This document shows positions 23,589-37,089 of a stretch of DNA of 64,000 nucleotides, piece by piece. Both the position numbers and the translations under genes were made by a program. The stretch is from Takakia lepidozioides (lineage: Eukaryota > Plantae > Bryophyta), in NCBI GenBank assembly GCA_030704615.1, contig CM060734.1, forward strand, positions 46,376,001 to 46,440,000, given 5' to 3'. Under the pieces are notes generated by a model. That model saw only the letters and a program-made list of their open reading frames with translations. It was not told the DNA's origin and searched no databases. The stretch's first letter is position 1. Every line of letters starts with the position of its first letter.

Positions 23589-26500
23589 ATGGAGCAAGCT
23601 TTAAGGCTCACTAAGGGTCGAGCCATCTGCAGTGGCACAGCTCATGTTTCGTCCTCACTCAAATCGGGGCTTCCATTACTTGCCAGTGTCCCCACTAAGG
23701 CTCTTAAGCTTGCGAATGGACAAGAGATGGCCGGCTCTCGGGGGCGCAGATTGAACTTGGCTGTTCGTGCCTCAGTAGTCGACCCTTTGGGAAAAGGCTT
23801 GCAGACTTTGTTCCAAAGGAACAGTAACACTGAGGTCGCAGATGATTCTGTTAGCCTGAGCGGCACAATCATGATCCGCAAGAAGAATCTCTTGACCTAT
23901 ATCGACAAAGGTGCCGACTTGCTGGATGATGGTGCTGACCAGTTGCTCGATCAGAAAGTGCTCCTGCAACTCGTCAGTGCCGACCAAGTGGACCCTGGTG
24001 AGTAGCTAGGCCTATCTCTTTCCAACTCAATAAGTCTTAATAAGAACGTCGAGCTGGAGCTTCAATGCGCGCTGGTCAGTTGAAGCTCGATTTATCCATA
24101 CTGTCATGAGGAGATCGTATGTCAAGTCGCACGACTAGGAGCGTTTATGTATGTACATTGTGGTCCCGATCCCAGTTAGACTATAGCAGGCCTGCATCGA
24201 TGTGTCCACGGCTGAAAGTACTCTTGCTCATAATCTGGCGCTTGTGCCAACAAATAGCAGCTTCCATCACAGCCGGTCCGAAGACGGCTGGCTGCTCTAT
24301 GGGGTCATGAGTAGCTCAAATTCTCGAACGTTAAATTTTACTACAGCATTTTGTAGAGCTCTCATTGTCCTGTACGCATCGTGGGACCGCCCTTCTTTCA
24401 CCTGTACTCGATCCGACATTAAGTTCCCGATTGAAGAGTGATCAGTCTAATCTCTAATCTACTTTGGGAGATCGCGCAATATTGGACACCGAGGTAATTA
24501 GCATGCAGCTACGGTCCAGACCTGTCAAGACTCGGGGATCGAGTTGCATGATCTGTAGACTTGCACTTGCATACTGTACTAGAATTACATCTTGAGAGGG
24601 GTCTGGCCCCAGGTTCTCTGGACCAGCATGTATAATTTTGCGGCATTGGTCCTTTCCCCTTTTCCCCTCCTTTCCTCATATGGATTGACGACGGGCCCAA
24701 AGGGATGGAGTCCCTTATTGTTGAGCTTGATAGGATATGTTTGTTTTGGTAGTTTAAAATCAGTTCATTGTTTACTTTGACGTCTTACATTGAAATTCCT
24801 CACTTGATGTAGAGTCACTACTGATTAGGAAAGCTAGAGCTCAAGAATATTGATCCGTACGCAATGCAACCGTACGTCTCAAGTGAAATGAAGAGTCTCA
24901 GCTGAACATGCGAGTTAGATATTTTTCGAGCTTCATTTCTGACCAAGAATATTAACGGATACAAGATTAGCTTTGTCCAATCGATCCTCACTCATACCTA
25001 GATTTGCGATCCTCAAGGTATGTTTATGAGTTGCAGGCACCCAAATCGGGAAGTTGAGCACGGAAACAAGCGTGGAGAATTGGTTTTCTAAAGACACATT
25101 GGAGCAGAACGATGTCAGCTACCCATTGACATTCAAGGTGCCAAAAGACTTCGGGACACCTGGGGCCATCATTGTGAGAAATTATCACGCACACCAATTC
25201 TTTCTCAAATCTCTTACGTTGAAACCCTCAGATGGAAAGGAGGTGCACTTTTCGTGCAACTCTTGGGTCTACAATGTCGACAAGTACCAATCCGACCGGG
25301 TTTTTTTCACCAACCAGGTAATCAGTACATCTCTCTCTCTCTCTCTCTGAGCTATCTCTCTCTCAGTTGATCACGTACGAGTCATGAATGGATTCGGGTT
25401 TCAACACTATACAGATTCCCAGTAAACACTGTCAACAGTTCAGTAGCTCAAGTTTGCGTGTTATATCTTTGAAGGGCTCCAGTTCCATTGTGGACAGCGC
25501 CTTGATCTCATGAGAATTAGAGTTACCTGGGGTGTGTATTATTGAGGTTACAGTAGTTTAAACAAGATAGTTTACTCAGTGAGCTATTTAACTGCACAAA
25601 ATCTATGACCTTTTCGAGCTCGTCATTTGAACAGGAATCTCTCACATCAAACCAGGTAGGATACGTACATGATCTATGATGTGTCTCGTGCACAAGCTAA
25701 GCAATAGGCAGATAAATATCTGTGTAAACTACAATTATTCTAGTACATGAGCTGAGAGTAAAAGACGTCCGGGTCGAATGCACGTAGGTGTGCCTCAAAG
25801 ACCAGACTCCACCTGGGCTTGTTCAATGGCGCGAGACAGAAAAGCAAAATCTACGGGGGAATGGGCTCGGTGAAAGGAAAGTGTAGAATTTATGACTATG
25901 ATATCTACAATGATCTAGGTGATGCCTCAGACCCCACATGGAAAAGGCCTAATTTGGGGGGCAGCGAATTTCCCTACCCTTGTCGCTGCAGAACTGGGCG
26001 ATCGGCTTCTCCTGCAGGTTAGTCCCTTGTGTTTTCATTTTAATCCCAATGTCTGAATCCTCAAGATGTAGAGTAGCTTATCGTCAGTGAAGCCATATGA
26101 TCAACAGATCCAAGCTGGCAAACGGAGTTACCTTCATTCATGTAGTCGTAGTAATGCATACTCATAAGCTCGCCTCTAAGTCTAGTCATGTTTTTGTACA
26201 TGTATACATTGTGATTGAATCCATGACCACTTGATATCAATTCCATTACTAAGTAATTTATCTGGCAGATCCATCGACGGAGGTGAGAGTGATTGACAGG
26301 TTGTTCTATGTCCCAAGGGACGAAATTTTCGATGGGATAGGGCAGAAAGATTTCCTCAGCGCTGGGCTGACCGGAGTAGGCCACATTCTGGTTCCAACAA
26401 TTGAAGGAGTCGTGAAAGACGGGTTCACAGCTTCACTGATATTCTCAACCTCTACAACAAAGGTATCGATTTGAAAGCTCAGCTGCAGATCCAACAAAGC

Positions 26501-29500
26501 AACATGAGCAGTCAAAGCAAACAATTTTATATGGACCCCTTTGATTTGGTCAAGAGGGGTTGATGATCAAGATAGCGTCCTCAGATACCCAATGCCTCAA
26601 ATCCTACATTGTGAGTACACAATTCATGCCTAATTTGCACACTATTTTTCCTTGGCATAGCATTGAACATGGATAAAAATAAGGCTAAGTGTGAATGTTG
26701 ATTGCGATCATATCTAGTAAGAGTACACTGAAACTGGTTTTAGTTGTGCAGATTCCACTGAATCGTTGAAATTACAAGGATCGTGTGCATGCCTGCGTAT
26801 TTGCATGAGTTTGAGACTAGGTTTAAAGCCACATGTGTGTATGCAGCTGACGAGCTTGCGTGGAGGGACGATGAAGAGTTTGGTCGTCAGACGTTGAGTG
26901 GTGTCACCCCGCTCCAGATCGAGCGCCTTACAGTAACATTGCTTGTGATTGCTTGTGATTTCTCTCCAGACGTATCCCAAGTAATACCCATATGGATTGT
27001 CTCTGGACACATTTTTAAGATTTGTGCATAAAATTGTCCACGCGCAGGCATTCCCACAGTGAGTAGTTTAAATGATCAAGACAAGTACGGGGACCCAACG
27101 TTAGCCATCACCGCCCAGCACATTGAGCCATACATGGAAGGTCTCACAGTCCAGCAGGTAACATACATCACCTCTATTACTTGCAATAAGCTCTTGAAAG
27201 TGTGTGCACAATCTAATTTCTCTTCTAGGCAACTAGATGCAACTGTCTTCGGTAGAGCTTGCTAATCAGAGCAAAACCTGAAGGGTTCATTTTTTACAAT
27301 GGCTTTTTTGGCAATGTGCTTCACATGGATTCCCAACCATGTCCTGCAAATCATCCTACACAGTTTCCTCTCAGTTTCTTTCTTCAGGGTTTAATGAGTC
27401 CTCTGAATTGTTCTAACTAATAGAGCTTGCATCAAACATACTGCCACAGACTGGTTCAGCTTCGCCACAACTCAGCAAAGCTGAATCATGGTTAAATTGA
27501 TCGAGACATACTTTTTTTTATCAGCTGTAAATATGCCCTTAAGGATTCAGTAGTGGTCTCATGTCATGGGTTGCCTCAGCCCTTGTATTTGTTCCTGTGA
27601 ATGCACAATATGGATCTTGCATGTTGATAGCATCAGTGAGTGGAACCCTTAAACCTCTGTGATGTGAGCATTATTCAATTAACGTCCAACATTATTCCAT
27701 GATAGAGGCATCTGGTTTATGTATACTTGGAGTCTTTGATCCACCCACTAGGCTCCATGATGTCAGTCTTATCCTGTATGCTGGGATAATTCTCACATCT
27801 CATTTCTTACTTGAGTATTCTGCTTTCTTTGTGACAATTCTGAGATGCCACTTATGTCAGACATGTTGCAAATGGACATGTTGTTTGTAGGCATTGAATG
27901 GCAAAAGGCTGTACACATTGGACTACTATGACTACTATCTCCCCTACATTCAGCGCATGAACGATTCTTCAGGTTTTGAGCCTAGCAAGAGCTATGCTAC
28001 AAGAACCATTTTGTTTCTCACCAGTGAAGGAAAGATGAAGCCTGTGGCGATTGAGCTGGGCTTGCCAGGAAACACTTCCAGCAGTAAGAGAGTGTTAACT
28101 ATACCAAAGGACGGTAAGCACGATTGGTTATGGGATCTTGCCAAAGGGTATGTGCGGGCTAATGACAGTGGATTCCACCAGCTCTACAGTCATTGGTATG
28201 TTGATTAATTCTGATTTGTGTCTGACATGTTACCAGAAGGAACTCTAAGAATGTTCAACATGTTCGTTTTTATGTGTTCTGCAAGTCATGCCTTACAAGT
28301 AAGGAGAACATTCAGCATTTGGGACAGAAGTGTGAAAGGCTTAACTTGGGACATCTGAAAGAAAGAAACATACAATATTCGTGCATAGTTGCCTAGGTAG
28401 GAAATGACTGATGATCACAAACACTGTAGACTGACAGTGGCTGCTTCATTGTCAATAACATTACCACTATTGGGAACTTGTGTTTCATTATCTGACATGA
28501 GTTCAAATGTCTTGTGAATTTTTCAAAGGTGCGCACTCATGCTACAATGGAGCCAATCATCATTGCCACTAACCGGCAATTGAGTGTGCTGCATCCAGTG
28601 AGCCTTTTGTTGTTACCACACTTCAAGAATACCATGAACATCAACGAATCTGCACGCCAGGTCCTCATCAGTGTTGGTGGAATCATTGAAAAGACCTTTG
28701 CCCCTGGAAAATACTGCATGGAAATTAGTTCTGTACTCTATGGTGCATTATGGCGCTTCGACAAGCAAGCCTTGCCCAATGACCTAGTCAAGAGGTAGGT
28801 GATTTGCATGTAAATACCTTGGACATTCTCTATTTTCCTACACAAACTACTCCTTTTAAATTATTTTGAGTTCCACGTTTTGAGCAGGGGGATGGCAGAG
28901 CTTGATTCAAGCTCTGAGAGTGGGGTGAAGTTGGTTTTCGAGGACTATCCTTGTGGGCTTGATGGCCTTGACATATGGTCTGCCCTCAAAAGCTGGGTGC
29001 AAGACTACATCAACATCTACTACGTGGATGACCAAACTGTCCAGCAGGATGCAGAGCTTCAGGATTGGTGGTCTGAGATACGTACTAAGGGACATGGAGA
29101 TAAGAAGGATGCAGAGGGCTGGCTAACTCTCAATTCCAAGGAAAATTTGGTACAGATCTTGACAACTATCACCTGGGTGGCTTCGGCTCACCATGCTGCT
29201 GTGAATTTTGAACAATATGCGTATTTTGGTTACATGCCCAACCGTGCTGCAAAAACTCGGCGTCTGATCCCTGAAGAGAACAGCCCAGACTACAACGAGC
29301 TGCTTTCTAGTCCTGAAAAGTTCTTTCTTGAGACCCACCCGAATCCGGCATATGAAGCCATTGTCATGACTATAACTGAGCTTCTGTCAACGCATTCAAG
29401 TGATGAGGAGTATCTGGGCCAGCGGGTTACCGAAAACGGGACAAGCAATGAGGAGGTACTAATCATACTCAGTACTCATAACATCTGCACTGCACTGAGG

Positions 29501-29848
29501 AATCTATGAGCTACCGGCTTGAATTGTGCATGTAAAAATAATTTACGGGATCTATATGTTCCTTAGGGACATGGTTATGTTCTCAAAGTAGCCACCATAC
29601 CCTGTTTTCTATTGTGGGAGCCCTCATGTGTTTGGTGTGCACTTGGTAGGTTTTGCAAGCATTCCAGAAGTATGGAGAGAGATTGCTACAGATTCAGACG
29701 ACAATCCAGAACAGGAACATGGATAGCACGGTGCCAAACCGCGTGGGCCCTACGAAACTTCCCTACACTCTGATGTACCCTACATCCGGACCTGGTATGA
29801 CAGGAACGGGTGTTCCCAATAGTGTTCCCAATAGTGTTTCCATCTTAG
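23589..29848 (+). pseudogene. LOX: Lipoxygenase pseudogene (probably plastid-targeted), 10 exons: 23589-23997, 25037-25317, 25788-26017, 26269-26610, 26847-26932, 27048-27157, 27891-28195, ~28528-28794, 28888-29455, 29650-~29848
   Basis: PLAT domain (FGTPGAIIVRN, FSCNSWVY), RIYDYD, RCRTGR, WRDDEEFGRQ, HQLYSHW|VRTHA, HHAAVN and GVPNSVSI, with GT-AG introns. Frameshifts in exons 3, 4 (two) and 6, a defective exon 8 acceptor and a displaced stop. Confidence 0.9.
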
Positions 29849-32700
29849 TCTTTCAAATACGACCACTTACAGGCTGGAGCTTCCAGGCAGTTGCGATATT
29901 TGAAGGCCATGATCATCACCTCCTTCAGCCATCAGATTTCTGTCTACGATGTGAAGTTATCAAACTTCCTTGCCTATCCAGCTTTTCTCTTTCAGACCCT
30001 CATAGCTTTCTGCCAAGAGAGTAACACAATCCCGAACTGTACAAATGTATATATTTTTGGTGCCTTTTTGTGGGGATAATGTCCAGCCCATGTAAAGTGC
30101 ATTATATATCTTGTGTACATCTGCACCATTCTCAACCAAGGAAGAAGATACATTATACCAAAGAAGTTTTGATACATGTGATTGATTCTAAGCTGGAATA
30201 TAAAGTGGCAAAGCAATTTCTACAAGACAGAAGTAACCCAATGTAGAAGGCTTATCACCACAACTTTTCTCTCTTTGACCACCCCTCCCATCCTTAGATT
30301 CTGCCTCTATTACCAAGCACATCCAGGAAGTGTTCACATGTTGTGCATCTTGCCTATGGCAACTGTTTTCCCCCATACTATCTCCAGGGGTAGCTCTCTC
30401 TTTCTTGGCTCCCCCACAGTGAAGCAACCGGGATCCTAACCTTCCTTTCCTGTAACCTCTTTTATGTGGCCCATGTAGAGACTGTTTGCAGATGGGTTAG
30501 CAGCACCTATTGATTGCGAGAGCCAGATGGTGGTACCACTGAAAGGGATTGTCCATTAACTCTAACACTGTCCCCCTTTTCTTCCTGAGTTTCAGTAAGC
30601 ATTTGAAGCTCTTGTGTTTTGGAAATCTATTGTTTGCAACTTACCTTTGTCCCTAGCTTCCCATGTTTGTAATAAAAAGCTTTTGTAATGAATAGGACCC
30701 ACCTCAGTTGTATGTCCATGATGCCTACGTCATCATTTGTGTCAAAGCTCCTGACAACTACTTTCTACCTAGCAATTAGGGACTGAAGATATAGTGGAAG
30801 GAGATGAGAAATAGATGGAGGAAGGTCATGATATAGACTCAAGAACAGATGAAGGCTAAGAAATTGACCTAGACCTCCACACTCACAGAAACAAACTCCA
30901 GAAATGGTAACAAACTATTCAAACATAAAAGCATGGCATTCCATTCATTTATGCAATATGACATCCCAAGCCATACAAAGAGGTGAAAAATAGTTTCCCT
31001 CCATGAAAATCCTCCAGAAGTGGTAGAGCTTAATTCAATTAGACCAAAAGACTTCCTCAGTGTTACCACAGAAGCAACATGTAAAACCACATGTCTCAGA
31101 TTGGTATGTGTTAAGAAAACCTTTAGAAATGGCTCTCGATAAAATCTGAAAACAGTCGTTGCAGCATGTTTGTATGCCATGGTCTTTCAGAAGATTCTAA
31201 TGTATCAAATCTGCTCCAAAAATTCAAGGAAAATGGAAAATGTGGCAGGGTACCCTACAAATCCAACCTGTGCTGAACTGTGTTGGCTCAAGACATCAAC
31301 CACGAATTGCAACTAGCAGGTTTACAGTTTGCATGTTGTCAACCCTTGGAGGAACAGAAGTTTTTCCAACTTCACAACATTGCTTGCCCTGTACACAAGA
31401 TTTTGAAAGATAGCTCCTTGATGTCCTATCACTGTTGTGATAATGAAGTTTTTTATACTATTTGTGCAGGGAGTCTAACAAATTTCATGTCGTGGCCCTT
31501 CGCCTTGAGGGCAGGGGGTCGGGACACAAGAGGGGCTGCCCCTGTGGTGAGGGCAGTGGCAACAATAGATACGGGAGCTGAAGCACCTTTGAGTGCCCAA
31601 AGGCACTCAAGGAGGCGGAGGCGCTCACTAGGTGGAGCCCCGCACACTGGGATGTGGTGGGGGTGGTTTTACCAGGGGTGGTGGTAGCTTAGTGGGACTT
31701 AGTGGGGATGGCATAGGACTCACCATGGGGGCGGAGACCTTGTGGTGGGAATTGTGGGGAGTCTTGGGACTCATCATGGTCCAATGGGGCCGTGGTGGGT
31801 GGGCCAAGACTCACCGCGACTCATCACCGGGAATCGAGGGTTTTCGTGGTCATAAAATGGCATGGTTGTTTGTGAAACCCCCGCGGACAGTCACAGAAGT
31901 ATATATAGGGAGTAGTAACCCCGAGAACGGTGCAAGCCCGTTGGTGACCAAAAGCTAGTGAGTAAGCGTGCGAGCCGGAAAGCAACCAAGGTGTGGGGAG
32001 CTGTTCCGGACTGCCATCAACCAAGAGGAATTTCCACTTGGCCCAAATTGAGAGAGGGTCAAGTGGAGTAAACGGGGACCGTTATGTCCCGGCGAAGCTC
32101 CGAGTTGGCAAAGCGGCCAGTTTGGGAGTTAGGCTCGCGCACCAAAGCGAGTAACTATGACTTGAAGGGGAGCTTACCGAAGTGAGGTACGCGACATTTC
32201 ACACAATGTCCATTATACAAGTCCATCCACTAGAAAGCCTCTGTTCTATCAATCCAGACTAATGTGTCATCTCTCATGTATAAAGTGCAGCTCTAACCAC
32301 ATTCTTGAACAGACCACATATGTGTCTCATATATTCACGGCAACACTCGGCATCCACATGCTTATAAACACACAATTTCAAACCATGGAAGGAAAAAAAT
32401 CCACAGCTCAAACAACATCATTCTTCTACATTCTAGTCATACAACCAGTTTTTCACTTCGTAATTCTCTTTTATTGATCATTTCCATGTAGAACCAGACA
32501 TCCACACTACAGGTAGTGGCTATAGTGGAAAATAAGTGTTCAGGTTGTTCTGCAATGCATGATCCAAGAAGAGTGATGGTTTGCACTGACAAACACACCC
32601 AGTCCAAATGTTGGACATGGCTTTTAGGCAGACTGACTGTTGTGGGTGGTGTTGAGAGTCTGAGCCAGCTATCGAGGCCTGCCTGGGCTTTTGGTCACAC

Positions 32701-33584
32701 TGTTGAGAATTGAACACGGAACCCATATTAGCTAGATTATAAAAGGTGTGATTATTCATCCCCAGATAATTATGATCATCACTCTATCATATTTACAAGT
32801 GTATAGATAATACATGTTTTTCATTAATTATAGAAAACAAACTTATATGAATTCCTCTCAGTTTCCTTATCTTGTCTTCTTCCTTAAAATAACTTCACAT
32901 GGTATCAGAGCATGAGTTAATAATGAGAAGGGAAATACTTTGCAAACTAGAGTTTAGAGTCAATAGAGAATTCTAACACTTTTGAAATCATGTCCATCAT
33001 GAGTCTATCTGTAAATAATTTAGTTGACCGTCTTGAGTGGTACTAACTATAGCATATGGAAAACGAGAATGGAAATATATTTATTGAGAGAAGATGTCGG
33101 GAACGTTGTAGACGGTTCTGAAGCCAGATCAGCTATACCAACCAATCAAGAAGCTTGGGATAAGAAAGATAATAAAGCCAAAGGAGATATAATTTATGTA
33201 TGAAAGATAATTCGTTAGTATACGTCAAAAACCTAAAGACTTCCAACGAGGTCTGGACCACTTACATACTTTATATGAAGAGAGTAATTTAATCAGTAAA
33301 AATCTTCTCGCGAGGAAATTTTTTACTCTAAAAATGATGGAAAATGATAGTGTGCAAGCGCACATTAATAAATTTAGTAATTTGATGGATGAACTGGCCA
33401 CTGCTCGAGCAACCATCACAGATAAAGATGCAGAAGGAAACCTCTTCGTTCTATGCCTAATTCTTATTCTGGTCTTGTCATGGCCCAAACAGGTAACATT
33501 GGCACACTAACAGATACTATTAAATTATTATCAGAAAAACAATTGAGACGACAAGGTGAAGACCCTAAGCCTATCTCCAATACT

Positions 33585-33638
<54 letters not shown>

Positions 33639-33785
33639 GCATTATTTAATGACAAACAATTTCAAAAATTCAGACCAAGACCAAGTTCTGGTTATAAATC
33701 TGGTCCGAAACCTACTGGTTTAAGTTTTACACCACGACCACGTCCTTCTATTTCAACTCCATTTAACAAAATGTTTCGGTTGCTA
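32701..33785 (+). mobile_element. Ty1/copia 5' LTR (about 32701-32899), tRNA-Met PBS and degenerate gag
   Basis: TGTTG...CA followed by PBS TGGTATCAGAGC (32900-32911). Gag reads GTNYSIWKTRMEIYL..WDKKDNKAKG; the zinc knuckle is cut at KCFGC. Confidence 0.85.
33587..33636 (+). repeat. 50-nt poly(A) insertion flanked by a duplicated ACTGCA
   Basis: aatACTGCA[aaa...]ACTGCAttattt inside the copia gag. Confidence 0.85.
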
Positions 33786-34699
33786 CCGAGTTTACCGTCA
33801 CCTCCGTGCTTTGGTTTTCTCGTACAACCAGACAATGCAATCTGCATCAAACTCGCATTCGGATAATCATGGACCTAAAGACTTGACCGTGTCCTCTAGT
33901 CCTACCCTCCTTCGTTTTACCTCATTGTAGGGTGGGGTAGTGGTTGCCAATATTCGATGAGCATGTGGTTTATGACAATTCTTTTTTTCCGTCCAGACTC
34001 ATCGTTTGAGCCAATGACGCTGAGCTTATCCTCATTCGTTTCAGCATGAGGTGCGCCGGAAAGAAACGTAATTGTGGGGTGAGTGCAGGATCAGGTGACT
34101 CAAAAACGGCAGATGTAACCTCTATGAAAGTCCATGGGCAAAAAGTTAATTTATGTTTTTTGTTCAAATATATTTATATACCTAACACTTTTAGTGAAGG
34201 TCCATGCTAAATATTTGAGAAATGTTTAATTAGAAATATTATTCCATAATTTTAAAAAATAGCTATTTTGTAAGTCCCCAATTCTATATGACATTTGTTC
34301 ATCTAGTTATAAGAACTTGCAGATAATGACAATTTTTATATTGTCATTGAAGAGTTTTATCCAAATATGAAATTTTTTGAACACTATGGACTTTTGAAAT
34401 CTTGGGTATATTTGGAGGTATATAAAAATCCATAGCACACTAACAAAAAAATGAAATTGTCTACAAATTCATCCGTGTCTCTTATTCCTCAATGGTAATC
34501 TATATTCGGAGTCCATGTGTAAAATGACTAAGTGCAAGTTAGTATTTGAGAGTCCACAAACTGGGAATGTGACAGCCCAAAGTGCAAGTCTTAAAAAGTC
34601 CATAACTCCATGAGAAATCATCATCATACCAACATGTAGATATGGTAGATGGCTAGCAACATTCATGTGGTAGTATAAGGCCTTATCTCGTATATGATG

Positions 34700-35150
34700 G
34701 TATCTGCCCCCAATCCGTCCGTGCTCTGATTGGACCAACCAAGGCCTCCCTAATAGGAGTGCGTTAGAATATTCATCGATGGGGAAATCGATGATTTGGA
34801 ACTCCACCGCGTACGTGGAACCTCCTGTCTTCATCTTGACATTCGCGATGTGACCTACTGGTCGTATCTTCCGTTGATCGGCTAACCGGATAGTAAAAGA
34901 GAATTCCCCCATCATTCTTAATCCCAACTTGAACAGGGTAGAGAGAGGCATGATGTTTACCGAACTCCCGTCGTCTACCAAGCATCGGCGGATGAATCGA
35001 TCCGCGATCTCCACCTCTATCTCTACTGGGCCCGAATCAACATGAGTACTGATGTGATGAGACTGGATAGATGTACTCACTCGCTTCCTACCAATGAAGC
35101 CTTGAGGGCGTGTCGAATGGTAGGTGCCACGGCAATTAGTTGGGCAAACG
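34700..35150 (-). mobile_element. Ty3/gypsy aspartic protease fragment
   Basis: RRCLVDDGSSVNIMP...IRLADQRKIRPVG...LLLGRPWL. Confidence 0.8.
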
Positions 35151-35159
35151 TGATGTTCG

Positions 35160-35600
35160 TCTGGATGTGAAACAAGTTCTGCGAAAAAAAATTGGATAGT
35201 TTAGAATAGTCAAGCATGCAACGAGCGCTCTCCATGAGTGTACGATTCTTCCGCTTAAGAACATATTGTGTAGGTGAAAAAATAAAGGTATAGCCAGCCT
35301 TTACTTCTTGACTGACTGAAACTGAATTTTTGTTGATATCAGGGACATATAAGACATCTGCTGCTATAAACTTTAAATCTCTTGAAGTTAACTCAAGTTG
35401 AATTGTGTCATGGCCTTTAATACGATAAGATGAGTCATATCCCAAATAGACTTTTTGGGAGGTTGTTGTTGGTATGAGTGTTGAAAAACACTCTTGGTTA
35501 GACATCATATGTTGTGACGCACCAGAATCAACAAACCATATGTTGTTACTAATTTCAGTGGAGATAGATGTTACAAACAATTGAGTGTTTTGAGAAGCTG
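35160..35600 (-). mobile_element. Ty1/copia protease fragment
   Basis: WFVDSGASQHM...VYLGYDSSYRIKG...DVLYVPDINKNSVSVSQ. Confidence 0.85.
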
Positions 35601-35729
35601 AACTATTTGTTAGGCAATTCTTCCAAACCTGCTCTCCAGACAGACTATGCTCAGACTGAAAATTCAAAGGTTGTTCCAACAGTGAGGTTTAAAGTATGGG
35701 ACGAAACTTTGTCATTAATGGTCTGCCCC

Positions 35730-36520
35730 TAACCCTTGTTGACAGTGGAGTGATGATATTGAAAGGATCCAGCTTCCAATTGCATTGGGTCCAAAGCTGA
35801 GAAGTGTGGAGAGGTAGCTCTTTGCGATCTGAATTGCATCATGTCCTGCTGCACAGGAGCAGGATATTGAGTGAACGGACTGAAAGCAGATGAAGGTCTG
35901 TCCGACAAGCAAAGTTTGGAGCCCATAGCACCCGAAGGATTGTGACTCTGGAGTGGGGCAAAGTAATGCTGGTCAGGTGCAGGCCTGAAAGAGGCCTCGG
36001 ATGTCTGGGCAGATGATAATATATGCATTTGTATTGTCGTCTGTTAGACGCACCAGGTTCATGCACCCTCGCCTTTTCCTCTTAACAGTTGGACAGTCTG
36101 CTTTGAAGTGGCCAAGCTGGCCACAGTTAAAACATGCAGCTGAAATAGTTTCCTCGAGATCCAAATTGTGTAATAATTCATTTCTTCATCTATATGTAGT
36201 CTAACGCATTCAGGCAAGATAGCCTCATTTGACATCATTAGAAAAGAACAATTTTATGACAACCTGTTTCCTGGAGGCGGGGGGCAATGGTTCCAGTCTT
36301 CTAAGCTGGACCTTGGCGCAAGATTTCTATGCACATTTGTGGATCAAACACTGACAGACAACCAAGGTATGAACCGAAGTGGTTGGCAATATCAAGTAGA
36401 TTTACCAGATACTGTCTGGAATGAATGGAATGAGAATTATTCTAGGCCCCAAAAGTTTCCCATTTCAGTTCCCCATTTTAGAAGACCAGAGAAAGATGTT
36501 CACATTAAAATCTTTGGTAT
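35730..36520 (-). mobile_element. L1-like LINE ORF1 remnant with CCHC knuckle
   Basis: ACFNCGQLGHFKADCP; homologous to 45000-45480 (VRLxIDEExNY, FNVNIF). Confidence 0.7.
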
Positions 36521-37089
36521 ATGGTAGTTGTAGGCTAAGGTGGATAAAAAACGGCAAATGCTGCTTCCATGAAAGTCCATGACCAAATTAAAAATTGATG
36601 ATATTTTCCTAAATAATTTTGATGATATATAATGGTATATTTAACATTTTTAATAAAGGGTCTTACCCCAAACATTACAGATATTTTTTAATAAAATTTT
36701 AGTCTTTAATTTGAATAAAATTTGATATATCCAAAATTAGAATTTACATCGATTTGTCCATATACACTGGCTAAACATGTAGTTAAATTAAAAATATTTT
36801 TAGGCCTAAAAACCTTAACCTTAGTTGCACAAAATGACGTGACATGACGTCAGTGTTATTTTCTTACAGGTAGCCCTACCTTTTTTGTGATAGGTTAATT
36901 TTTTTTGTTTTTACTTTCACTGTGACAAACAACTTTGAGAATGTCTTTCACATGACAGGTTGAGGAATTTTTGATCTTTCACACAACCATATTATATGAA
37001 ATTAAATTTTAAAATGATAGAGAAGTGTGAACTTCTTACAATTAGTCCAAAGTGTGAACCCTTCAGTTTCTCATGTTGCGCCGGCACAC

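Noticed and set aside
33453-33866. Poly-Lys / poly-Phe ORFs
   Set aside because: Artefact of the poly(A) insertion.
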